This document shows positions 49,217 through 63,254 of a DNA stretch of 64,000 nt, one piece after another (positions within the stretch are counted from its first letter, which is position 1; the number at the start of each line of letters is the position of its first letter). The translations under genes were made by a program, and so were the position numbers. The stretch lies in assembly GCA_024704765.1 (NCBI GenBank), contig JAKMXF010000013.1, positions 1 through 64,000 on the forward strand, written 5' to 3'. The stretch comes from Oopsacas minuta. Lineage: Eukaryota; Animalia; Porifera. The notes under the pieces were generated by a model. The model did not search any database and was not told where the DNA came from. It was given only the letters and a program-made list of their open reading frames with translations.

Positions 49217-50524
49217 CAAGGGTTGTTCAATAAATAATGAGACATTTTTCATGATTCAGATAGTAAACCTATACTTATGATAATTGATTATCAGATGTTT
49301 CGATAAATTCCACTTTTAACTTTATACACCGTTTGCATCGTTCTGGTGACTTTTTCAGCCCAGTGGTATACAATTCTATAGGCGTGCCTTTTTCTCACTG
49401 TTTTATTTCATACTACAGCTGTTTGAAATCCTCAAATCTCTTCCCTCGAAGAGGTCTCTTCATCTCTTCAAACAACCACTAGTCGCTGGGAGCCAGGTCT
49501 GGGCTATACGGGGGATGAGGGAGGCATTCGAATCCTAAGTCGTCAATTGCAGCCATTGTCTTGGAGCTTACATGGGGCCTTGCATTGTCATATTGCAGCA
49601 ATACGCCATGTGTCAACTTGCCTCGCCTCTCACGTTTAATCGCTTGACGCAATTTTTTCAATTCGTCAACGTAATGATCACTGTTTATGGTTGTCTACTC
49701 AGGCAACCAGTCGAAGTGTATAATTCTTTCCCTATCCAAAATACTGTTGCTATTCTCTTCCCTGCTGATTTTGCTGCCTTTACCTTGATGGGTACAGTTC
49801 ATCACTTCTCTCCCACTGCTTCAATTGAGTTTTGCTCTCTGATACATAATAATGAAACCAAGTTTCATCCCCCGTCTATACGATACAAAAAGTCTTCCTC
49901 TGCCTTGTATCTTGAAAGTAATTCTTTGCTAACTCTGACCCTTTAGCGTTTTTGTTCTTTTAAAAGAAGTTTTTGGGACCCAACGCGCAGTTGCCTTCGA
50001 AATTTCCAGATCTTCAGTGATAATCGAGTGTAGTGTGACTTTTGATATACCCACCCTCTCTTCTAACTCTCACAAGGTTATTCGTCTGTCCTCATCCAAA
50101 ATTGTTTAGACCCTCTCGATATTACTGCGGTTTTTGAGGAAGTCGGACGACCTAGACGAGGGTCATCGTGGAGTGCCTCATCACCATTATCAAAGCGTTC
50201 GATCCATCTATATATGTTGGCTTTCGAAGGACATTCATCACCGAAAATATCCTGCATTTCACGAAGAATGTATGAGCCAGTCTTCCCCTTCTTCCACAGG
50301 AACCAAATTTTTTGTCGTTTTCCTTCTTTGCTAGAATCCATTAGTTGAAAAGTCGTCTATATAAATGAAACTTTATACTGAAGAATATGTTAGTAGAGTA
50401 AAGAGTATATTGTATCGAAGTTAGACAATCAAGTTAGGCTTGTAATCTGATATTAGGCTTAGAGCTGTATTAACTAGAATATGAATTCGATACACTAGTC
50501 TCATTACTTATTGAACAACCCTTG
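49217..50524 (-). mobile_element. Full-length mariner transposon (1308 bp), inactivated by stops and frameshifts
   Basis: TIRs CAAGGGTTGTTCAATAA at both ends with TA flanks; HDDPRLGRP, LQYDNARPH, HPPYSPDLAPSD. Confidence 0.95.
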
Positions 50525-51231
50525 TATTTATCACACATTGCTTATAAAATTGATAATGATCTTATTAAATATCCAATTCCTAATTTCACAAAACTCAAAT
50601 GAAATGGAACGATGTGGATACAATATTTCTACTGGTTTGTGTTACCCCATTATGTATAATTCTGTAGAACATATCTTGTTGACTTATTAGCATTTGAATA
50701 ATTGTGCCATATGGGCCAGAAGTGGCGCATGACACCATAAATGGTATACAGTGTGAGAATCATTTGAGATTCTCTAAACTGACGTTCAAATATTGTATAG
50801 CTGGGAATAAGTCAAATATTACAACATGTTTATTCATATACGAAGTGGTGCAATCATAGTTGATATGTACCACATCTGCCACTTGTGGAACAAATATGAA
50901 AAATGCTTATAAGTCAATTAGGTATGTTGTGAAGTTTCGAAATGTTCATACTGGGGTAACACAGACCCGTAGAATTCATATATGCTATCAATATTATTCA
51001 ATCCCATTTGAGTTTGCACAATTGTTAATTCAATATGCAATTAGATCATTATCTATTTGATGAGCTAAGGGTGATTATAAAATATCTAATTACATGAATT
51101 TTCTTGGATTATGACAGGATAATGTTAACTAACACAGTTGTATAGCTCTTTCAGGTATATTATCGTATGGATATTCAAGTGTTCGTCGTATAACCAAGAA
51201 AACTGTACCTTTTGTTGTGTTGAAATGATTA

Positions 51232-53386
51232 CACAGGTCAACAAAAAATTATTTCGATCACTTGGCTCAGATTGTTGGAGTGTTTTTAGAGTATATCGGG
51301 GTTGCTGCATCCGAAAATACTATTAGTTTTGCTGAATTGGTTATAGTCTTTTAGATATTACACAACCCTAAATTTTAGGGTAATACTACAAATATTTTTG
51401 GTTTGTATGTTTATATCAACATTTACAACTATTTGTTCACAACATAGAACCTTTTATGGATTCAAAAGGCATTAGACGTTGTTGCCTCAATGATCCTGAT
51501 GACTTTTGCTATATTTGTGGTGAATATATGACAAAGGAACATCGTTTTAATACAAAAGATGTCACCAAAATAGCTTATCAGGCTTACTTTGGTATTAAGT
51601 TAGGGGATCAGGATAAGTCATGGAGCCCTCACAAAGTGTGCAAATATTACACAGAAACCCTCCACCTATGGACCCAAGGAAAAGCCAAATCCATGGAGCT
51701 TGAGGTACCAATGGTTTGGCGAGAGCTCAAGAACCATCACGATGACTGCTACTTCTGCATGGTTAAAATGTCTGGATGGAACCGGCAGAAAAAGAATTCG
51801 TGGCACTATCCTGACATACATTCTGCAAGACGCCCAATTCCATACTGCAGCGAAATTCAGGTGCCTGTTTTTACGTCCTTACCTGATACTGCGTTTACTT
51901 AGGCAATTGAAGAATCGTGGGACAGCACTAACAGCAGCAATAGCTGTAATGAGTTGTTACAGATAAATAAATCGGAGCCTTTCACACAAGGGCAGCTCAA
52001 CGACTTAGTGAGAGACTTAGGCTTGTCAAAAGATGCTTCAGAGATCCTGGCTTCCGGTCTCAGTGAACACCATGTTCTCTACAATGAAGCTAAGATAACT
52101 AATTACCAACACAGAGACGAAGAACTTATTCGCTATTTCAATGATGAAGGTGGTTTGTGTTTTGTAATAACATCCCAGGACTTCTCTCAGCAATGGCACT
52201 GTCCCAATACAATCCAAATGAGTGGCGTTTATTTATTGACAGCTCTAAACGGAGTTTAAAGTGCGTGTTGCTGCATAATGGTAACAAATTTGCCTGTGTT
52301 CCGATCGGCCATTCAGTAGTCTTGAAAGAGCACTATGCAACTGTAAAGATGGCCCTACAAAAGCTGTGTTACGATGAACATAACTGGATCGCGTGTGTGG
52401 ACTTGAAAATGGTCAATGTCCTGTTAGGACAGCAAAGTGGTTACACTAAATACCCATGCTTTCTTTGTTTGTGGGACAGCAGAGCAGATGAGGTGCACTG
52501 AGAAAAGAAGAACTGGCCAGTTCGTCAAAAGATTGCCGTGGGGGAAAAGAATATCATTAACGAGCCACTAGTTAGCCGTGACCGTATCATCCTACCACCA
52601 CTACATATCAAGTTTGGACTGATGAAACAATTCGTAAAGGCATTGAACAAATATGGTACCTGTTTCCGCTACCTCTGCTCAGGATATCGTGGTCTGAGTA
52701 TCGAAAAACTTAAGGCAGGAATCTTTGATGGGCCACAATCAGAAAACTGATAAAAGATGAAGAATTCGCATCATACATGACTGGAGTTGAGGCTGGTGTG
52801 TGGGATTCCTTTGTCGATGTTGTAAAGGGATTCTTAGGCAACACCAAAGTGGCTGACTATCAGAACCTGGTCGAAGGCATGCTCAAGAGCTTCCACAGTC
52901 TGGGAACCAGAATGAGCATAAAACTTCACTATATCTATAGTCATTTAGAGAGATTCCCTGAAAATCTTGGTGATTTATGCGAAGAACAGGGCGAGCGATT
53001 TCACCAATGGAGGAACGGTACCAAGGAAGATGGGACGCTCACATGTTGGCATATTACTGCTGGAGCCTTGTGCGTGATGCCCCCAAGAACCTCACAAGAG
53101 GAATTCGTATAAGAGAACATTCGTTCATGATTGATAAGTATTCAGATCATATTATATCTCAAATTATCTGTTTATTACTTACGTTCAATTCTAGTTATAT
53201 TGTAATACATACATACTATATGGTATCGGTGAACACAGATTCACGGATGCTGAAAAACATAATTTTACAATATCACGAAAAGTAGAACCAATTGGCCAGA
53301 ACTAGTGCCATTTTCGAACTCAATGACCCCGATTTATCCTAGAAATAGTCCCAACTCATCAGCCAAGAAAACGTTGCGGGCCAGTG
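51232..53386 (+). mobile_element. Near-complete Chapaev3 (CMC) transposon, 2155 bp, frameshifted
   Basis: Ends CACAGG.../...CCAGTG with long imperfect subterminal IRs and a 3-bp TTA TSD; CLNDPDDFCYICGE, LGDQDKSWSPH, WRELKNHHDDCYFC, YTKYPCFLCLWDSR, LPPLHIKFGLMKQFVKAL, EQGERFHQ. Confidence 0.85.
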
Positions 53387-55014
53387 TTATACAAGTTGTA
53401 GTGTTTGTTTCCTGAATGCCATATTCTGTAAAATGCGGGGAGAAAGTAAACTATAATATCAAATATATCTATAGCAAATTTTTGGGTAAATTTATTGTCT
53501 TGAATGTTATGTTGTAATTACCATCTTGTATTACTTTGGCACGATAGAGATGTACAGCGATGGCACTGGTGCCGGAACAGGAACCTGGATGTTAGTTAAC
53601 TTAAACTGTAAAAAATGTATTATACATGTTGTGATAATTCTATTCAGAATGTTTGTCTTTATTTAAAATATATTTTCCCAAAGTAATTGCTAATATTCTT
53701 ATCGTAAACTCATTAAAGATTTTGGCAATTATCTATAATCTTAATTTTCAGATTAACTCCTAAGTACTACTAATAAATCAAAGCAAACTTTAGCACACGA
53801 TTTCTCGGAAGTATTCGTGTGAATAGAATGGCTGCTTCCACCCTATGACAGAAATTTAGCTCCACCAGAAGAATTTCAGCGAAATAGCATGTAGTCTTGC
53901 AAACCTATGAAGATTATTTATCTACAGAATCTTTACAAGGATAATGAAATGTAGTTTGACTTCTATAAATAATCACAATAATACACCATATGCAATAATG
54001 AAATCTTAATGACAATAATCGAATAATGACATGTTAAGTCCATGTAAATGCATTGCTTGTTTCTGAATTTCTTTGAAAACTTGGACAAAAGAAGGTGGTT
54101 TATTTATCTTTGTAGGTCAGTGTAAATGAAGAATATAATGACCTTTAGCGTTTCTCATCCCATTCATTCTGCGCAGAAATATTGAATTGATCAACTATAC
54201 AAAATTTGGATTACACAATCTTTAACAAAAACGGTTATCAACAAATTTGGAACAAATACAAACATATTCTTTCTGGACTGGGGACATGATTTGGGACAGG
54301 CCAGGTTCAGAAACAAGCAAATTTATTTTGAGGTCTAATAATACATATAATAAAATGACATGGTAATTCCAGGTTAAGCCCATACAGAGCTATTTCTTGT
54401 ATTCAATTAAATCAACACACTATTATGTTCAAAAGTAGTCGCAGGTTGTTGAATATTCGGTAGATTATTTTGGGAATTTTGCAATTTTCCCACTTTGTAT
54501 GTTTGAATTCTAAAAAATTACGACGTGATGGAGTATACACAGAATTATGATTCGGACTCAACATTGTCTATAGTAAATAATACGTGAGGCAATTTAAGGT
54601 GTCCCTAGAAGCAAATTTATTTCAAAATTTGTCGAATAGTGATATTCTTGTCCACCTAAATTCATTAAGTGTCTTTAGGAGGCATTAGATGATGAGTTTT
54701 TGGAAACACTGTCCTAATTTATCACGAAAATTAAAAAAACTAGTAATTCTGGAGACTGTATGCCCGGTTGTGTAGTGAAATATTACATTGTATCCCGGAT
54801 TGTCCCCGCTGCTCTCCAGAAGAGGTAGAGAAGGACTCAAGGATTCAGATACTATTTATGTTTAGAACATACATGTTTAAGTGTCAGAAAAAATATTTTC
54901 CCATGAGAGTTATTGTTGTTAGCACAATCGTTCTCTCCAAATTGAGGGAATAATGTTAATGTGCAAATAAAACTTTCCTATATTTAATCAAAATTCTATT
55001 CAAGGGGGTTGCCT

Positions 55015-55134
55015 GCATTTGTCAGAATTTACTTTTGCAGACTTGGCATTTGTCAGAATGGACTTTTGAAGACTTGGTATTTGTCAGAATGGACTTTTGA
55101 AGACTTGGCAATTGTCAGAATTGACTTTTGAAAT
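55015..55134. repeat. 31-bp tandem repeat x4
   Basis: gcatttgtcagaatggacttttgaagacttg units. Confidence 0.9.
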
Positions 55135-55246
55135 GGTAATCAATTAGGATTTTGTAAGAATTTATATACCTACCACTTTTAAAATTTGTTAGTTATTCTT
55201 CACCTCGATAAGCCAATAAGTTGTATAATAATCAATTTGCTATCTA

Positions 55247-56548
55247 CAGGCTGGCCCTGAAGTCCTGTCCCATTGATAAGTGGAATAACATGCCTAAATT
55301 GTATGCTATAGGATGGCATTTTTACCCGTCTTACAGAATACCATCAGAAATACAAAATATCTTTACCACTCAATATAACCTCCTCGTAATCTAACTACAG
55401 CTTTCAATTGTCCCGAAAACGCTCCATCCGCGCACGAATGCTTTCATGAGGTATTTTGTTGCACTCCCTTATCAAAGAGCGCTTCAAACACTCAACAGAG
55501 GTATGAGACTTGGCGCAGCATGGGTCTCCATGATGGACCAGATTGTATAGTCCATCGGGCTCAGGTCTGGATTATAGGGAGGCTATTCTGTCTTCTGAAT
55601 AAATCTTGGAAAATTGTGTTGGAGCCAGGTTCTTGTACTATTGGCGGTATGAGCCGGTGCTTCATCCTACTGGAATATCAACGGTTCTCCATTAAAAATT
55701 GTTTAACCCAAATTCTGCATTACAGGCTCCCAGAAGCTCCCGATAGGTTGTAGCATTTATTTTTACTCCAGGGGGACAAATATCAATGGCATCCGACCAG
55801 TTGCCGAGACACCATCCCATGCCATTACAGATTGAGGTTTCTGTATGCGACTCAGGTATCGATACTTTTTTGAGATACTAGAACGTGTTGTCGATATGAT
55901 CAAGTCATTTTGAGCGTTTCAACTTGCTGAATAGTGAAAATCTTCTAATCGGAAACAGAATCGTTTCGAGACCGTGATTCGCGTGCCGCTCACGTAACCC
56001 TTTACATCTAGACATTCGTTTTTGCTTAACCTGGTCTGTTAGATGATGCATCATGTTTATTTTGACGGAATACATTCCCAAGCTTAGTATTTACGACGTT
56101 TTGTATGGAATGGCGCAACACCTGAAGAACTACAGCAATCTTCCTCATGGATCGACGAGGGTTAAGTCTGATTCGCTTCCGTACCCTCTTGGCAAGCCTT
56201 GGAGTCGTGACTGATGAAGGATGACATCTAGCCTCGCCCTTTACTGCCCCTGTTTTGCTTGTACCTCTAGATCGTCCGATATACAAATTTCCGTCGACTC
56301 CTGAGCATATTGAGCAGCTTTAAAATTTCTCCTGGAGCCTCACCATTATCAAATAGACGAATAATTCCTGCTCTCTCGACTTCCATTAGCGTAACGAAGC
56401 GCTAGAGGAAATGAACCAGGATTATGCTTAGTAATATTGTGTTATTGAATCAATTAGGTCGATTACAACATTAAATCATATATAGTGATTCTAGGATCTT
56501 CATTTCCTTGTACTTTAAAATATGGGACAGAACTTTGGGACAGCCCTG
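55247..56548 (-). mobile_element. Full-length degenerate maT(DD37D)-like element (1302 bp)
   Basis: TA-flanked TIRs CAGG(G)CTG.CCC..AGT.CTGTCCCA; Bmmar1-like N-terminus (FVYRTI, SVTTPRLAKRVRKRIRLNPRRSMRKIA). Confidence 0.85.
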
Positions 56549-56563
56549 TATGTTGGTGTCACC

Positions 56564-56677
56564 CAGGGACGGACTGGCCTACGGGGAGACCGGGAGATTT
56601 CCCGGTGGGCCGATAGGTAGATGGGCCGGTGAGCTTCTGACACCCCCTACGCAAAACCTTTCAAACACAATATCCGA
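56564..56677 (+). mobile_element. hAT-like MITE left end
   Basis: CAGGGACGGACTGGCC...GGGAGATTTCCCGGTGGGCCG; ends at the N at 56678. Confidence 0.55.
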
Positions 56678-56678
56678 N

Positions 56679-57177
56679 GAGTTGATTCTTGAGCCTGTAA
56701 TCAAATCTGCTGGTTCATCCTTGTTCAAAAACACACCCTAGATATTCCAGCAGGACTCTGCGCCAGCGCATGCCTCGAAAGCAACTCAATCCTGGCTTTT
56801 AGGGGAAACTATTGACTTTTTGTCCAAGGAAGAATGACCTCCTTTGAGTCCAGATTTGAATCCACTTGACTATTCCATCTGGGGGACTTTACAGAGCAGA
56901 GTCTGCGGTACTACGCATGGAAATTTGGAATCTCTGCGGAAGGCTTTGGTTACAGAATGGGAGAAAATTCCGCAAGAAGAACTCCGTAAATATGTCCAAC
57001 GGTTTCAAGGACGACTTAAAGCTGTAGTAAAGGTAAGAGGCGGTTATATCGAATAGAATTGGATAGGAAGATTCATTATAATATCCTTTAACTGTCAGTG
57101 AAAATTTGGATTGAAAGAATAACTAGTTTAGGAAAAACCAGAGTATATTCGTGTATCAGAACTTAATTGTCACCCTG
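56679..57177 (+). mobile_element. maT(DD37D)-like 3' half with TIR
   Basis: FQQDSAPAH, SPDLNPLDYSIWG...GRLKAVVKVRGGYIE*; terminus ...tgtcaccctg+TA. Confidence 0.9.
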
Positions 57178-58715
57178 TACTGTTACTTAGATACAATCTT
57201 TTGCATGCTAATTACTAGTTTATCATAGTTGCTAGATATTTACATGAGAATCAAAATAATTCTAAATGTTGAAACATTAGAACCAGCCATGGGCTTAAAC
57301 CATTTTAAAGTAGTTTATTTGACAATATTATACAGTTATTATTTGATATTGTTCAAATTTGTTCCGTTGATAGTGAGTAGAATGCTATTGTTTGCTGTAT
57401 ATCACACAATAGAGATTCTTTTGTTGGTAAAATGACAACAAGTATTGGTGAAATAACAGGAGAAAATCTGTTTGAAATTTGCATAGATTTGTTGGTAAAA
57501 TGCAGAATTCCCAAATATACTCAATTAAATACTTATATTTCCATTCTATAGTTATAACTATTAAATAATATAAAAATTTTGCAGATTGTGTGTTTACTAA
57601 ATATGTTTATTTACTTGGAGATTCAAGAGAATGATTAATACGTAACACAAATTACTTAGACATAGAATGCTAATTAGGTATGTTGTAGTATTGTATGCAT
57701 AATACTATGCTATTTGCAACACTATTATTGGAATATATTTGGCTTCAATGAAGTTGCAATTTCCCCATAGACTTTGGCTTATAAGCTAGAATTGCTGTAA
57801 CTTTTTGTTGGTTGACCGATTTTAGGAATCTCTAACTCAATCTTCATCTCTCAACATGCTCTATAACGGCTCATATAGTGATTTTTAACATCTTGCAAAA
57901 GGTTGGGGGGTAACATTCTATAATTGTATTTAACCTCATAACTAACTTGATTCTTAAATTATAAACCACCTCAGGTACTTTCCATATATCTTATATTTAA
58001 TATATCTCCTATTATTCCAAGAATAATAGGTATTTCAGAAAAACAATATGCACATCATCGTTTATACGTATCATTCATAAATAATGCGGGGCCTCGCCCC
58101 GATTATGCTACAAGGTTAATGAATGTCAAGCAGAAACTGAGCTGGCGCCTATAGGTTTTTGGTGGTGCCCAGACCTCACTGCTTGTTGGGAATCTCCATT
58201 GAATTGCAAGTGACCTAAATCATTTTTATGAGTAAATCCTCTGCGTGTCCTTTGGTTGATGAAATGGATCATTGGTGTTATATAATGAACTGATTTTGAT
58301 GATTCTCTTTAGGAGACTGCCAAAACTGGAATGATTACCAGTGTATGTTTTGGCGTTTAGATATGAAATCACCCAGTTAAAATAAGGCTCTTTCACGAAT
58401 AGACTGAAGCCATCATCAAGTTCCACAGATATGATATAAAGAATTACACTTTCTTAATTTATAGAATATTATTCAGTTCGGCAGGACTTCATTTGAACCA
58501 GCTATAGACTGATATGTTGGAAAATGCATTATCTTTAAAACACTAAAAACGGATTATATTGATCTTCGACTTTATAGTTCAAAGATGAAATAATCGATAT
58601 ATATATTTTTTTGCAGAATATGAAAAATATTGTTATGCTAAAGTTGGCTAGTACTTGAATTACAACCGAGACTATGAATATTCTTGTTTGTCAATATTCG
58701 CTTAATACACTAAAG

Positions 58716-58939
58716 CAGGGTTTCTATACCTGTGGTGACCACAGAAATTTTTTATGTGGATTTTGCTCAAGTTGAACTCGATGACCAATTTGACCAATTA
58801 GACCAAACTCTGCTAACATAACCAACATCACCAAATGTGACAAAACGTGGTCAAACTTGACCAAGTATGTCGACTTGGGTGATCATGCTACAAAATTTCT
58901 AAAAGTGTGGCCAGAGCCCATGAGATTTTGAAAACCCTG
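58716..58939. mobile_element. hAT MITE (224 bp) with internal TGACCAA repeats
   Basis: CAGGGTTT...AAACCCTG termini; 8-bp TSD cactaaag/ctctaaag (7/8). Confidence 0.85.
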
Positions 58940-61669
58940 CTCTAAAGATATTCATTTTATAGTACATGTCTAACTTCAAATATTCTCATTATATTTTGAT
59001 ATGATAACTCCGAATATTATTGCGCAATCTGGAAATGCCATATAGGGGCATATTGTTGATTATGTCACAATGGAACGCAATAACATATCAAATATATTAT
59101 CAGGATATAGGAAGTTGGGTATGTGTTATGTATTGGCTATTGAGTTATAGGTGAATATAGACATACAAATGCAATGCATGGTCTCGGCTGTAACTCAAGA
59201 ACTACCCAACTTTATTATAATTTTTTCGATATACGTATTTCGATTATTTCATACTTGAACTCTAAAATCAAAGATCAATATCTTTCGGTTTTATAGCGGT
59301 TCAAAGTTGGAGGAGTGAGTTTCCAACATATCAGCCAATTAGGCCATCAAAGGATGTCTTTTCGACATCACCTTATTTTCTAGATGTAGAATGTGTGATT
59401 CTTTCGTCTTTTTCCGTAACTTGATCATTGCACCAGTATATTTGCAAAGAGCATTAGACATTTGTACTTCGAATCAGCTACAATACATTTCTTATCTATT
59501 CCTGGTCCAGAAAATAATGGTAGTTTCCAGTGATCATATTACATAGTTCATGGCTAGTGATTTATGTCAACACTAAACAGGGTAAATCCTCAACTGCAGT
59601 ACGAATACTGCACATTTTGATGGGGCCTTACATCTCTGGAATGATCAGTATATATCTTATCGCTAGCATAAATGTGATCCAAGCACAGGATCCACAAATC
59701 GCACTTACACCGGAAGTTCCGATAAAATTAGTACAGTTAGCATGCAAAGTATTACGATTATTGGTGTGCCAATTAGATATTAGATAGTTAGATAACACCA
59801 TACAGAACTTTACGTAATATTGCTAAAAATTCCTGGATTTAATCTTTTCACAATTTTAAGCAAGCAACTTATTTGCGAAATTTCTTAGCACAGTCCTAAT
59901 ATGGGGGAGATTACCCAAGTTGGGGTCTTCACCTAAATAAGCCTATTTATATTTAACATATATAGAGTTATGGCCAGAATGAATATAATAAAAATGTAAA
60001 TCTGCATGCGGGATAGGTAACTACAAATTGGAGATGATCAGTGTCTTTATTATAGTTTTAAGATGTTTAAGAAAAAGTTAAACAGTTTCCATTGGGAGGG
60101 GAAGGTGTCTGTATCTCCAAACTTTGGATTCTGGCAATAACGCAATCGAGAGTAATCAAAAATGAAGATTTTGGCCATAACGCAGTGGTGGGTAACATAT
60201 ATAGGCATATGCATGTTATTAGACCAACTCGCGTAAAATGGCCTCATAAATGAGCGCAGCTGTGCCAATAAAATAGTTAAACAGGTCACTTGCGTAAATC
60301 AAAAGATAGACACAAGATGTAAGTTACGTATAATTACCAAGAGTAAGGCATTTACCCCAATTTTACTTAAAAGAGTGTATGACCATGGAATTATCCATGA
60401 TTTATGATTAGTTTACTCTAGAAAGATAGGAAATAAAGTGACTATAGCAGTAATAAAAGATATTTGATTTTCTGTTGAATCCAAAATAATGAACAATTGT
60501 GTTACCGGTATATCGAAAGCAGCATTTTCAGGCACTACACTCATAAATGAACCAATAGACTTGGGAATTGTAAGATCTAGATCGTGTAGAAACTGTAGAT
60601 GATGAAATGGACAAAGTCTTTACACTAATTGGATGGTAGAATACAATGAATCATAGCCTACCTACTAAGCACAAGGCCTAAAAGTAAATCAAAACTTGGC
60701 ACCATGGATGCAGTATTAACTTAAAGCATTGATAGAGATTGTGCCTTTAAAGAATATATAAATTATACTATTAACCAGATTTTTCATACACTTGTAATAC
60801 ATTTTGTTTTGATATGGTCATTTTCAATAATCTGCAAACCTTGGGTAATATGATTTACAATAACTTTAACGATTCTTGAGTTATCATTGAATATTCATTA
60901 AAATTGTCTTCCATGGTCTCTACCGTAGCTCCATAATGAGCAAACTTTTGAATGACGAATTTTGACATTTTTGTAAAGGTATCCACAGATCATTTCAATT
61001 AATCACCTCGAGGTGATAAATGCATTATTTAACGTTCTAAGAGGCATCGAAGAATTGACAAATTTTGGCAAATAAATGCTGACTAGACACATATTTTTGG
61101 CATTTATTGGTAGAAGTTTGATGTCCTACAAATCTGCAATTTATATATTTAGCCAAAATACACTTTTTCTACTCTAAAGAATCTATGTATATAAATTCCT
61201 TCAGCTAATACTGCGTCCCTTGTACTTTACGGTTAGGACATATGTTTAGTAGGCTATGAACGAATCATCAAGTAGAAAATAGATATACTGTATATATTGG
61301 ATATAGTGATAATATCAGCACTGAAAATAAATTTTGGCTTGTGTAATTGAAAAACCTCAAGATTTTACATCGCATAGAGCAAATGAAAACTTTATTCACT
61401 CCAAGTAACGAACAAAGAATTTTCAATTACCTTGGAGGAAACTAATTAATATAATTTGATATTTATAGTATTAAAGTCAAAGGTTGTGGGTGTGTACGTG
61501 TGTCTGCTCACTTTGTGGTATTTCATTGGGGGGTAAGATGATCTGCTTATATGTATAGTAGGTGCATCAGTTTCCCCAAATATTAGAAACAACACTCTGT
61601 TCGCCATCTTTTATTATCTTAGCAAGTCCATTTGTTTTCTCCTCTATATAGGAAGTGATACTCAATATG

Positions 61670-62127
61670 CAGTAAACTCCGCTTAATTGGGACACATTGG
61701 TTCTAGTCCATTTTTCCTGATTAAGCGGAGTTCCCAATAAACAGGAGATTATTAAAAAATGATAATTAAGAGCATCAATTTTCTATATTTTCAGTCGCAG
61801 TCCACCAAAGCAAGTTAACCACTCTATTGTGGGTAACACCAATCCAAAGTGAAAACTTTGATTTTTTGGGATAGTTTAGTATCTTCCGTGGATCACTGTT
61901 GATAATAAACTCTAGTAAATAGATTTGATTTAGCCAAAGTAATCCCAAATTTAGCATATATTTATCCAAATTTTGTCAATGTACCAAGGTTATTGGAATT
62001 TCCTAAATAAGGAGAATTTTAGACCTGATTGAGTTACAAAATTTCTCGATTAACAAAATATTAGTATTAACTTGAATGGAGATCATTCCGTTAGTGGAGA
62101 TTTGTCCAAATTAAGGAGAGTTTACTG
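61670..62127. mobile_element. pogo/Tigger-type MITE related to 40584-41094
   Basis: CAGTAAACTCCGCTTAATTGGGACAC ... GGAGAGTTTACTG+TA. Confidence 0.75.
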
Positions 62128-62899
62128 TACTCTAAATCTGTGTTATTAGCAGATACAAACCACCCCAAATATAACAAATATATGGCTTAAAGTTTCCAGT
62201 CGTATCAGATTTATACTTTTCGATAATTGTGTATAAATCCAGTTAATCCAATTGCAATGCTGTACTTTGGAATAATTAAGTTGAGGACTCCCTAAACTCT
62301 TGTCGAATTTCAATGAATTGTACATTATGATTCTTTAGGATGCAAATAACATTAAAAAATGAGCCAAGTATTGTTTCTAATATAAGTGGCAACTGATGTA
62401 CGCTAATGAATAGGGAAATGCATATCCTTCAATTGGTAGTAAAGGAAAGTAAACAATAAATTTGGGGTAATTGAGTGTGCTGATTGTGAAATGATAGTGT
62501 GAACAAAATAATACTTTTGGTCACATGATTAAACATATTCCACACCTTTTGACTGATAAATCAAAACGATGCTAGAGAATAGTTTCAAAGAATAATCAGG
62601 TATAGAGATCCATATTCTGATATCTTCAAAAAATCATTTTCAAAATTTCAAAATCTTTCAAGATGAGGGTAGAGAATCGTTTCAATGGTTATTATAGGGT
62701 AATCTAGTACGCTGATTCGAAATTTGATTCGTCATCAACAAATTGTATATATATGTTTTCATTAAGTGTGTATCTATAATATTTAATAAGCAATTCATCA
62801 ATTTGTATGTGTCTGCGTGTAGATATATTTGTTTGTATGTCTAGAATTGATTGGAGGAGCCTATTAGCTATTTTTGGGATACAGTAGTATTTTGGGGCT

Positions 62900-63130
62900 G
62901 GCAAGGACAAGTTCGAGTCTAGAACAAAATTCACACGAAATATGACGTCATTGTCACCTTTGTGGATTTTCCGAAAGACCAAATGACTAACCACTGCTCA
63001 GCCAATATACATGATAGAAGTTTCAAATTTGAATTACAGTATCCCCACAATGTTACAAATGTCATATCGTCATGATTCTGAACAAAAGCAAACTCATCAT
63101 GGTATTATTACGTCATCACGACTTTACAAA
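62900..63130 (-). repeat. MITE-like family A copy
   Basis: Reverse complement of 6400-6600 (tatattggctgagcagtggttagtc exact). Confidence 0.7.
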
Positions 63131-63254
63131 GAAATAAAATTTAACAATTTCTTGATACCTGAAGCATGAAGGGCCCACCAGATTACCGACCAAACCCACG
63201 TACAGAAGGCCATTAATAGGAATATAGATGGACAATTGATAATATAATCTTAAA

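Noticed and set aside
54990-55140. 31-bp repeats as a CRISPR array
   Set aside because: Units are directly adjacent with no spacers, the context is eukaryotic, and there are no cas genes.
60062-60140. SPNFGFWQ resembling the C-terminal motif of dual-specificity phosphatases
   Set aside because: No intact HCxxGxxRS active site, wrong spacing, and surrounded by stops.
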